Assembly (NCBI GenBank): GCA_905178155.1 | Contig: CAJINV010000007.1 | Span: 2,957,151-3,021,150 of the forward strand | Source of the DNA: Amoebophrya sp. A120 | Lineage: Eukaryota; Protista; Dinoflagellata | Length of the DNA: 64,000 bases | Direction: 5' to 3' | Part shown: positions 25,132 to 35,823 of the stretch, piece after piece | Layout of the letters: every line of letters begins with the position of its first letter | How positions within the stretch are numbered: position 1 is the first letter of the stretch | Made by a program: the position numbers and the translations under genes | Notes under the pieces: model-generated | What the model saw: only the letters and a program-made list of their open reading frames with translations | Told to the model about the DNA's origin: nothing | Database searches by the model: none

Positions 25132-26093
25132 TTTTTTTGCAGTTATTTTTCTTCCAAGAAAAGTATAGATAAGTAATATATAAGGATGGTCAAAAAGTAA
25201 AAATGAAGACAAAAGCAGTGGAATCCCACTCACTAGCATAGATGCAGCTAGGGCTAAAAACACTACACGTACACAAGTAAGGCGGATTCGAAATAATGAG
25301 GTTGCGAGCGTTGTAAAGCTGGTCGGAGCAACCAGAGCGGGCCGAGATGATCTACTTAATACTGGTGGTGGTGTAGTTATGCAAAGAAATGCATGCGCAA
25401 CGACGCAACCCTTGTTTTTGTTTTTGACCGAAGTTGGCAAAAGATGCATAAGGATAAGAGTAGATAATGTTCATGAGATAAAAGGTGGCACTCAAACATG
25501 AGGGAAACAGTACAAGATCACGACCAGGGCTGCGCGTTATAAATTGACACTACATTTTCATACTTCGACTTAAAGTTAAAATCAAACTGCTGGTCTTCAT
25601 CCACTACATAGATCTTCTGGAGGACGGGACGCCGGTTCTTGGACCTTTTGCAACAGCACTAGGTCTTCGGTGCAGAACAGATCGGTGTTGACAACGCTAG
25701 TACCTAGATCTTCCACTTCAACTAAGATAGAACGATGAAGTACATAATATCCTATCTAGATCGACGTCTTTAGTGACGAAACAACCGTTAGAGCGAGATC
25801 CAGCATTGAAGATCCTTGGCGTTCACGATGAGACTTGTACATGTCTACGTCGGGGGCTACGAGAGGCTCATTAAGTTTAAGGTTATCATCCTACTTCTTT
25901 CCACTTTCGCAGCAGAACAACTACCCTCACAAGGACAAGACAGATGAGAGTCAGTTGTTTTTTGAGCCATCTACTACAAAGCTGCCTCTAGATATGTTGA
26001 AACTTTCATCATCACAACAGCACAGCGAGCGCAGATAGTAATTATACATTCCATCATACAAATTGGGCGAAGCATAGCTCGTCCTGCTCTTAT

Positions 26094-27264
26094 TTAGCAC
26101 TTTTTGTTCGCCGCGAGAATCTCACTTCTGAGCCGCACGATATCAAATGCAAGAATGTCTGGGTCTGGAAGGTTGGAACTTGTGATGCTAACTTTGGAAC
26201 TCTGAAAAAATCTGTATTGCATGACCAGCAAGACGAGGAGTCTAGTTTGTGCTACGTGGGGAGGGCATTTGTCACGCGGAGGAGGCGTCAGGAAGCCCTC
26301 TAAAAATCTGTGATGCTAGGTTGTGTATTGCAGACATCCTGGGTCATGCAAAATATGCATAACAAACCCGGCAACATGCCAGACCCTGACATTTTTGCAT
26401 TTGATACACGACTTTCTGCTGCAAAACCAAATTCGCTTCCTTTACAGACAGCAACTCCTCGGTAATTGTTTTGTTCTTCTCCACCTCGCTCACCAGGAGC
26501 TTTTTCGTCGCCATCAATTCCGCCCGCTCCGACTTTGACAGGATCGCGAGGTTTTCCAAATTTCGTTGGATCGAAATAATGGTAAAGTCCTTGGTTTCCA
26601 GCTCGAGTTTCAACTTCTCGATCTCGCTCTCGTAGGCAAACTGGGAGCCCAGCGACACTGCGTTCATTTGTTCGGCCGCGCCGCTGGGACGAGCAGCTTC
26701 GTCCCCTCGCTGTTCGATGCGCTGTCGATGATGATCATGCTTTTCATTCTGCGGTGAATAGGAATTATACCAAAGACGGCTGCTTTCGTCGTCGTCGCAC
26801 TCACCTGCTGTAAGAGCTACACTAGCTCCACCATCATCTGGGGGCAGGTGCTCTACTAGGGACAAGGAAGAAGATACAACAAATTCGCTGGAGGAATGCG
26901 GCTTTGGTGTAGCAGAACAAGCCTGTTGTTGTGGATGCTTTTGATGCTGCAGGTTCGGCGCACCACACCCTGGCTCACCATCCGGTAGCTCAAACTCCGG
27001 GACAGGTTCCGAAAAGACGACGTCATTTTCATACTCCGCTGCAGTGCAAGTGGAATAGCTTGCTCGCTTAGTAGCTTCCGCCCCGTACAGCTCGGCCGCC
27101 CGGGCTGACAGCGCTCGCATCGACTCCAGCAACGCCTTCGGGCGGTCTCCTGCTCCCCGAGCGGATGGCTGTGGATTGTTATGTTGCCATAGCTCGTGCT
27201 GTGACGAGGCGGACGGACAGGAAGTGAAAATATTCCTGCCGGGAAGGCTTGCCTGTTGGCTCAT
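26094..27264 (-). CDS. Hypothetical coiled-coil protein, 299 aa, 2 exons (27264-26407, 26135-26094)
   Basis: Heptad-rich C-terminus EIEKLKLELETKD...LQQKVV continues as RLRSEILAANKKC* after element removal. Confidence 0.7.
26141..26406. mobile_element. Introner-like element (266 bp), TIR family A, TSD CACGA, reverse orientation relative to the copy at 22910
   Basis: cacga|tatcaaatgcaagaatgtctgggtctggaagg ... ccagaccctgacatttttgcatttgata|cacga. The interior matches the reverse complement of 22910-23171. Confidence 0.95.
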
Positions 27265-27317
27265 TTTCTTTGTGTAGTAGTTCTTTCACTATGAAGGTCG
27301 CGCCCGGAGGGCGATAT

Positions 27318-28724
27318 TGGTAACCAAATGCGTGCGCGAAAATCTAACCAGCGCGAAAGCCTAACCAGCCGCGCGGCGAAAGCGCGGCCCAGCGGGCCGC
27401 GCTTTCGCCGCACGACTGCCGCCACCATTTCTTTTTAATTAGAATCCCACTTCTATCCCGGGTCATCGGGGGCTTCCGGATTCGCCTTCAAAGCTTATCG
27501 CAGGAGCCTGCGGGCCGCCGCGGGCTCCACCACTTCCCCGCGGCCCTAAAGGGCCGCGGACAACTACTGTCGCCCGCGGCGCCCCGCAGGCTCCTGCGAT
27601 AAGCATTGAATGCGAAATCCGGTCTGCTAGTTCGCAGCGGGGCATCCTTTCTAGCCCCCTGCGTGACAAACTGGCCCCGTGACCAGGAAGGAACGCGAAA
27701 GGCCGAAAACCCGCGAACCCTTCCGGGCCACCAAAATCGGCCATTTCAGACGCGGCGGAGGTTCCGGATTTGTGCCCACAATCCAGGGCAAATGGGGACT
27801 TTGTGACATCCCTCCGCCCGCTTCTAGTGCGGTTTTTTTTTCAAAATCGCGATGGCACGGCGCGACCACGCGCCCGCCGGACCGCCCTTGGCGGCCAGTT
27901 TGTAAGCCTGCCGAGGGTTCTCGATTTTTTTTAATTTTCGCTCTTTTTTCAGGTTTTTAGGCGGCCGAAGGGCTCCGGACATTTTCGCCGCCCGCATCTG
28001 GCTGGCAGTTTTGAAGCCTGCGGAGGGATAGCGCTTTCGCGCAATTTTTCATCTTTTTCTGGTTTCCAAGTGGCCCGGGCGGCCTGGACATTTTCACCGC
28101 CCGCATCTGACTGGCAGTTTTGAAGCCTGCGGAGGGATTGCGCTTTTGCGCAATTTTTCATCTTTTTTCATTTTCCAAGTGGCCCGGGCGACCTGGACAT
28201 TTTCACCGCCCGCATCTGACTGGCAGTTTTGAAGCCTGCGGAGGGATTGCGCTTTTGCGCAATTTTTCATCTTTTCTCATTTTCCCAGTGGCCCGGGTGA
28301 TCTGGACAAAATCCGACGATTGCTTCCACCCACGTTATAAAGCAATTCTTTGCCATCTGCTTCCGGACAGGTCGCGGGCCTGCTGCTCCAACGCAGCTGG
28401 CCAGCGGGCGGAGCAAAAAATACTCCGTCTCTTTTGCAGATATCAAGTGGGCCAAACCGCAGAAATGCTCTTTTTTCACCTTCTCCCGCTTGGTTTCTGC
28501 CATTTTTGCGAGATTTTTGACCTCCTGGCCATTTTCCCATCTGGTCCGCTTTTTTTCCCTTCTCCCGCTTCATTTCTGGCCATTTCCCTGACCTTCACGC
28601 CCCCCGGCGGTTGCCCTATATGGTAACGGCAACTGCCTTCGCGCTGCGTTTGCTAAGCAATATCGCAAGCGCGCAGAGCGCGCGCGCCGGCTTCGTGGGC
28701 CGGCGCGCACGCATTTGGTTACCA
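27318..28724. mobile_element. 1.4-kb GC-rich non-autonomous TIR (foldback/MITE-like) element
   Basis: Perfect 21-bp inverted repeat tggtaaccaaatgcgtgcgcg (27318-27338) / cgcgcacgcatttggttacca (28704-28724). Contains internal hairpins and tandem repeats; no transposase ORF; no perfect TSD. Confidence 0.7.
27977..28308 (+). repeat. Tandem repeat, 109-bp unit x3 (plus a degenerate upstream copy)
   Basis: ggacattttc..ccgcccgcatctg..tggcagttttgaagcctgcggagggat starts at 27977, 28086 and 28195; ggac recurs at 28304. Confidence 0.9.
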
Positions 28725-30847
28725 GATCAGAGGAATTCAAACGATCCTCCTGTTGACTGCAGCCAGCTAGTGAATCAATATCCGGCGTCCACACACCGTG
28801 CATCAAATAATCGGTCCTGCTGCGAAGCAGATCATCGTCAACATCGTACTTTCTCTCATCTTTTGATCTCAACTGTTCACTCGTACAATTCGTCTTTGGT
28901 GCCTGACCCTCATCAGAAGCAACATTCATCATGCAATCGGCAGCAGTACCAAAGGGCCGAACAGAACGAACGACAAATAGCGGTCTTTTCGTATGCCGAA
29001 TAAACGCACCCGTACAACTCGTAGCAGCAAGGTGAAAGTGTTAAATTCCTTTAAAAACAAAGACAAAGAGTTTCATGCCGCAGTGCTGTGTGTGTTCAAA
29101 ATTGTTGATTTTGTCATGCTTATGCGCATCGATCACCCAAGAACCACAAAATTCCCACTCGGTATACCTAGAATTTCATTTTATGATTACACGAAAATGC
29201 TCTCCACTTCTTACTTCTTAGGCGGGTGAGCGTCGCTGCACCTCCTGCATTTTACATTTCACTTCACCACGAGAAAATAACTCTAAGTTTTTGGGACAAA
29301 AAAGAAAAGAACTTTATAGCTAAAGTGTGAAGACATCATCGGGGTTGATAACGAAAGCGGTACTGAGTGCACTCCTGGTACTTGAATCTTGATTGGAAAT
29401 TTTCACTTCGGCTTAGTATTTCCAGATGTTCTACTTGAAGGGGGGAATAAGTTGGTAAGGGAAAATTTAGCTCGAGTGTCAAAACTCGAACTGATAATGT
29501 ACGGAAGGGTAACATCAACAGTACTCAATCAAACTGAAAGAAAAATTTGCTTAATTTACAATCGGTTAAAAAACGTAGTGCAATTGCTCTCACAACGACA
29601 GAGACAAGGAGACGCGACGCGAAAGGACAGAGAATAGCGATAGCTAAAGCAATTTGGACTTTCAAAAGCACGCTACAAAATTCCGCCGCGCACGTCATCT
29701 CCGAGTTTCCGCCTTTGCACTGCGCCCGTGAGAATTTTTCATTCTTTTTCTTGCAGTATTTGCGATTGAAATTGATATGTATTAGAAAGGGACTTTTTCT
29801 TCTTATAATGCCGTCGCTTTAAAGTTTCCCCAGAATACTTCTGCACCTTGTTCATAATCTACAAAAAAATCGCACCTGACAAAAGAAAGAACCCGCTAAA
29901 GAAGTAGTGCTAAATTTTTTCCCGACAATACACAAACGAAACGAAAACCACTTTTGTACTACTAAAATAAACTATCTCATACTTGCAAAGGAATCATAAA
30001 AAACTTTAGATACTTAGTATAACATCGAGGCATGCATATTAGGAAAATCGGTTGTAAAACGAATCAAAATTTGAATAGTTGTCGGTTCTTTTTTCACGGT
30101 TTATTTCTAAAAAAAGTTTGATACACATATTTCATTGCCATCAAAAGTCTCAACTTCAGGAGGAGCGTGAACTTTCCCGGATATTGCAGTACCTCGTCCT
30201 GGTTGTTCTTTTCACGCACGAGCACGACTGCGCAATACTGTCGGTACTAGGCCACGTTCTCTGCTGAAATCGGATTAAGAAAATAAACTCCCTGACGCGG
30301 ACTCTTATCAGGAGCGAATAAAAACTATCGTTATCGATATAGAAGATCATGCTAGGGTCACTCTAAATCGCTAAAATAGTTCACATTTTCGGCCCGCAGA
30401 ATGTTGTAATGTACGTGGAAGAGTGTGGTCGGTTCTTTTTTCAAAATCTTTTGTCGATGATAAAGCAATAATGTACAAGAGAATTTTGGCATTTCGACTT
30501 CGAATACTAAATAGAGGTAAAAACAAACTTAATGTACAAGAAATCATCAAAATCATCACGAAGACTCACGTGTCGATTCACCGACGAGAGACTCCGATCT
30601 ACTGTACCGGATGAAATGATAATGCGTGATAAGGAATAGATTCGAACGGTTTATTTTACACACACAGCAGCTTCTTCGAGTGGAAAGTTGATTTCTGTTT
30701 CTCGCTTTCATTTTGAGAAACGAGAAAAACCACGCGGCCATCAGGTCGTGCATATAATACATTTTCAAGAAAATAATTTTACGTGATTTCATTTTTTGCC
30801 TGTTGCAATTCCTGCTATCGAAGCTGATGTTTGAAAATGTAAGAGTC

Positions 30848-33800
30848 TCACCCTCGGCGAGACCAGGGGTCCGTCGGTGTAGTGGCCGAAGCTGCTGCAG
30901 CTGCGAGGTCACCATAATGCTGCTCGACCTCGCCCTCCCCTTCTGAGTCGGACCCGAGCCCCGGTGGAGCGGAAAGAACAACCGCTTTATTCATCTTTGC
31001 AGCTGCGCGCGAAGAAGATGTCGTCATCGAGGTCGGATGCTGGTACACCACGAGGTTGCTCTTTTGAAAAGAAGCAGTATAGGTCGGTGGAAAATCGTGT
31101 TGCTGCGAAAAAGCTGCTCCCTGTGCGAGTTGTGAAGAAGACCGTTTTGCTCCTTGCTGCGTCCTCGTCGTGTCATACAACGGATAGTTCCTGTCCATCA
31201 TCTGCTCGCGCAACCGCGCTTCCAACTGCTGCCGGAGGAACGCCGGCGGAGACGGCGGCTGTACCGGAAAATTTGCTCCTGTGCGTTGATTGTGCGGATT
31301 ATAACTAGTCACGCCTGTGGACGACGATGTTGTCGCGTGGTCCTCGTTTGCTGGCGGGTGCATGATCGCGCCGTCCTGACCGTCGTGCTCCCCGGCCTGA
31401 ATGAACAGTTTGTTTCCAGGAGGTCTTCCTGTGCCGTTCCGTTGCGGTAGACGGTTGCTGCCCGTCACGACTGCCGGTCTCTTGTTAGTTGTCTGCAACA
31501 CCGAGCCAAATAGTGCGCGGTCCGGAGGGAAAGCAGGATCGTCGTGCTGGGATTGTTGTTGTTCAAGAACAACACTAGTAGTTGCGTTTTCAGCGGGTTT
31601 CTGCAGATAAGGTGCCCCTGGTCCAGCTCCAGGAGCCGTTGCAGCAGTAGAAGTGGAGGAGTATGCACTAGCCCGTGCCGCTCGCTCCCACGCAATCTGT
31701 TCTGCCAGTGGGTCGCGATAATACGCGGGAGAAGAACCGGACAACAGCGGCGGAATCCTGGTCGTGCCGTTCGCAGTGGTGCTCGCTGTCCCGAGGGCCG
31801 CAGCAGTGGGAGCAACAGTGGGCGGCTCGACGCCGCCGTGGTAGTGTTGATGATTATTTGCGTTGTAGTAGTACTCCCGATCGTGTTCCGTCTCGAACGA
31901 CGGACTGGCGTTTGACGTACTATTCTGCGAAGCGCCATCACCATTGTCGTACTGCTCCACCTCGGCTCGCTGCAAGTACTCGTGCATCGCCAGCGCGGCT
32001 TGGGCCTGGAAAAAGTTGTGTTGAATGTAGTATCATCCCGCGAGGTTAAGTATAGTAAGCAAGCAACTGTAGTGAATCTAGAGCCAACCGACGACAAAGT
32101 TGCTTGTTTATTTCATGCGCAGAGTCAACAGCCAGTATACAGAGCCATTAAGAATTCTCATCTCTGATGCGCAACATTTATGTAGAAACTACAACATCCA
32201 CCGCTATAATAATCAGATCTCCATACCTGCATTGCCCGCCGCTGCTGCACGACCTTTGTGGCGGCCAAATGAAAGTAGTGTCGCTCCAACCAGAGTCGCC
32301 TTTGCTGCATCAAGATGGCCTCGTGCTCTTCCTTATGAAATGCAAAAATGTCTGGGTCTGGAAGATTGCGAGATTTGTCATGCTTGTCTGGCATGACAAA
32401 AAAGTTTGTGATGCGTGTCCAAGAAGAGACCCTTTTGCCTGTCATGCAAAAACGCAGTTTCTCATGCGAAAAACGCAACACAAAGAAGCGCAGATATTTC
32501 TCATGCATGGCTGTGCGTTACAAAGCATTCACTATTTCCAACACAGCATTACAAGTTTCCAGACCCAGACATTGTTGCATTTGATATTCCTGGCTCGCCG
32601 GGTACGCCGCGTCGCGTCGAATGTGGTTGAACTCGCGGATCTCGCCGCCCCGCCCGGCTATCGCCACGGGATGCAGATTTTCCGGCACGACTGGGTAGCG
32701 GTAATTACTATTTCCAGCAGTGTTCATCGAATTGGATGGATTGCTGTTGGCGTTGCTCATCAAAATCGGGGGCCCCATCCCGGGGACGACCCCACTAGCA
32801 CTTGTCGACGTTGTGCTCGCGAGAGACGATGAAACAGCCGTTTTCCCAGCACCTCCCGAAGTAGAGCTAATACCGCTTTTGCTCCGTTTCCGCCCGGACG
32901 CAGCGGAGGTGGTGTGCTGCGACGTGTGTCCCCCCGCCGAGTGCAGGGAACTGCTCTCCTCCTGCTCCGCACCGGTAGTGCTGTACGTGTCCAAGCGGGA
33001 CGTAAGTGCGTCGTTGGCGGAGGAAGAGTTCATCGCGTCCGGACAGTAAATCAGGTCCACCGGCGGCTCCGGCCCGTAGAACATGGAAGCTGAATTAGCC
33101 TGCGCCTCTTGAGTAGTAGAACACTCGTTCTTACTTCCCACCGCATCGTTCGCTTCCTCCACCAAGGCCTCCACCTCTGACTCCCCCGGATGCCAGAACC
33201 GGCACTTCTCCGCGCCGTGCGTGCACTTGCCCTGCAGAAAATGCCAGCACACGTCCGGAAACTTGTGGCGGACCTGCATGAGCGCCGCGTCGTACTTCGT
33301 GGTCACGTGCTGCGCACTCGCCGGCGCCCGCCGGATCTCGGAGCCCCCGGACTGCCGATGGGGCTGAAGATGAGACGAGGGTTGTTTCTTCGGTTGCTGG
33401 TTCTTGTGCAGCTGGGCGGGTGGAGTAGCAGTGGCCCCACGTTGAGCGGCGGTCGCGGTTGCGTCATCGCTTGACGTATTAACTGGCTTGTCCGTGTTGT
33501 TATTGGCCTTGTTGTTGGACTTCGTCCAACACTCTCTTCGTCCACGACCACTCTCTTCGTGGTTTACGTTTCGTTTCATCTCCGGCGTGAACATAAATGG
33601 TTGCGCCTGCATGCCATGCAAGTACAACTCTTCCTTCTCTTTCGCTTTTTTGCTTCTCGCTTTCTTCTTCTGAGCTGCGGTTCGCGGTCGCAAACTCCCG
33701 TACGCCGGCTTCGCGCCCGGGTCCGCAAAGAAACGATAGTTGATGTTCCGCTCCTGCCGTTGGGGTCTGTTCTGTTCGGTGGACTGCTTCGAGCCCCCGT

Positions 33801-33960
33801 TCGACCTGGAAGTGGGCGCGTAACTCCTGCTGGCGCCTGAAGCCGCGGATAAGGATTGCTTCGAGGAAAAGTTTTCTTGTCGATCTTCCCGGTCGTGTGA
33901 TGTGTTTAATATCCCGGGGGGCCGATTACTGGGTGCGGTTGCTGTAGATCCTGACGCCAT
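30848..33960 (-). CDS. CCCH zinc-finger (RNA-binding-type) low-complexity protein, ~877 aa, 3 exons (33960-32587, 32328-32227, 32005-30848)
   Basis: CWHFLQGKCTHGAEKCRFWH motif. Introner removal gives PASQE|EHEAILMQ; GT-AG intron 32226-32006 gives AMQ|AQAALAMHEY, in frame with ORF 30848..31987. Confidence 0.8.
32334..32586. mobile_element. Introner-like element (253 bp), TIR family A, TSD TTCCT
   Basis: ttcct|tatgaaatgcaaaaatgtctgggtctggaa ... ttccagacccagacattgttgcatttgata|ttcct. Confidence 0.95.
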
Positions 33961-34320
33961 TTTCACAGCGTACTGAGTTTTACTCAGGATGTAAAACAAA
34001 CAAAAGCGTCGCGGAAAAAAAACGATCCATCAATATTTTCGCCTGGATCATAGTTTCAATTCAAAATTTTTGTGTGTTATGTTTCGAAAAATTCAAAAAA
34101 GCTCGTGCAACGAGCAGGAAAATAGTTGTTGATAATGTAGATGTACGTGGAAAATTGAGTAATGTAATGTACGGAAAATGGTGATAAAATTATTTGATTC
34201 CTTTGCAATAATGTACCAGTTGATGCGAAGTCGTTGTTTAGTGTTTTCGTTTGTCGTGAAGTGAAAATCTTTAGCGAGAAATATCGGGGGTTTTCTAGTT
34301 GCCTGGTGCATTCAGTTACA

Positions 34321-34948
34321 TGGGGCGGGCGTAATATACGACGGACGTCTAGTAATAAAACACTGCAACGAGGATGAACGTGTAGACTCCTTTTCGTACG
34401 GTCGCGGGCTTGCCACGAGGGGGGCGTGAAGAACGGTACTGGTAACGAACGAGGCTCTCTTGAAGAACGATGTAGTACCAACTACGTAGACGCTAGGCCC
34501 GTAAGGACGAAAAGATCTGCTTCGAAGGTGTTGTCGGACTTCTTTTACTTGACAGTGCACCGTTGGACGAAACACACAATACATTACAATCACAATACAA
34601 AACCGGCTGTAACCGTTGCATTCTTTTCTTTTCGACGGTCACGGTCTCACTTTTCTCCTTGCACGAGAATGAGACAAGCGATCTTGTTCACGAACTTCTC
34701 ACGACAAGGTAAAGATAACATGACTGAACTTTCTCAACACAACTCATTCGGAAACTCGTCCACCACGAAAAACTCAACATTTTACGAACAATCTCCCTCC
34801 TCGACATTTGATGCGCAGCTCTCAGGGAAGTTAACAACAAACGCGTTCAGAACTGTATGAGCTGGCGAATGGTACTCCATCAGAGTGATTTCTGTCGTCC
34901 AGCTCCTGATCAGGGTGCCCGAATCGAGATCCCCAGCACCTGTGGGGG
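34321..34948 (+). pseudogene. Possible highly decayed IS630/Tc1-mariner DDE transposase remnant
   Basis: Frameshifted fragments W/AGVIYDGRLVI...RVDSFSY (34321-), LLLLDSAP (D at 34551) and S/PD..P/IE..HLWG (~34900-34948) echo Tc1 VWAG..G..Y, DNAPxH and SPDLNPIENLW. Several stops and frameshifts intervene. Confidence 0.3.
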
Positions 34949-35823
34949 GTCAATACCGGGTTCATGATAATCATGTTTTCTGAAAAATTCGACGTGAATC
35001 TAAAATGTTTTCCACAATTTTTTCGTTGTATCCGAGGGGTTCTTGGGGAAATGACTATGTCATCATTATCATCATGGTCTAGAGACTACTACATGCATGT
35101 AGTCTTCTGCTTTTGTCGCTACAGCTGCGCTGTGCTGCGTCGGTACGTGGTACTAGCTTGTGTAGTGTGAGGCCGTTTTATTCGGCATGCTTGGGCAACA
35201 CCTCTAGCTGTCGATGTGAAGATCATACTATCTGTAGCTGTGCAAGATACCTGTGCAAGATACGCCTCACTCCTCTTTTCCACAGTAGTAGAGCGAGGTA
35301 AGCACTGAATAACGTGCAATGCCATCATACTCAAATAAGACCATTATCACAAAAAGAATCACACCAATAAGATTTCAGCCACTCGAAGAAAGATAAGGGT
35401 AAGGGGGGTAGGGCAAAGCTTGCTCGGGGACCACAACAATTACATTAATAACGAAATCTTACACCATGATTAGCTCCGGCCTTATATATTAAGAGCATGT
35501 TCAGCAGCAATTATCCATCCACCATGCTGCCCGTGCCGGTGTAGTGGCACGCCTGGCAGTAGCTAGTGCCTCTCGTCATTCAGCATCAGCACTGCTACTG
35601 TTCATAAATTCAGAAGAGAAAATTGTTAGTCTTAGTTCGATCACCTATAATAAAATCCAGCTATCTGTTTGTGTTTTCTTGCTCCTATTTGTACCATCTG
35701 ATTCTTATCTATATGCTAACCTCGTCATTTTCGAAAAACAATCTTGGGGGGGTTCACTAGTATGAATGTGGGTTTTAGGTGTTTGCAGCTCGCACGGGGA
35801 ACGACCACGACCACGCTTCCTTT

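Noticed and set aside
27977-28308. CRISPR-like array
   Set aside because: Whole 109-bp units are repeated with no unique spacers, there are no cas genes, and the context is eukaryotic.
27318-28932. GC-rich element as a giant intron joining ORF 28570..28932 to the gene starting at 27264
   Set aside because: Removal with or without 5 bp gives a stop or the wrong frame, and an in-frame TAG lies upstream of the 27264 ATG.
32167-32832. Short ORFs with recurring peptides such as KCKNVWVWK, FQTQTFLHLI and YQMQKCLGL (also near 22721, 23028, 26323, 54176-55410)
   Set aside because: They are translations of the family-A TIR, not a protein repeat family.
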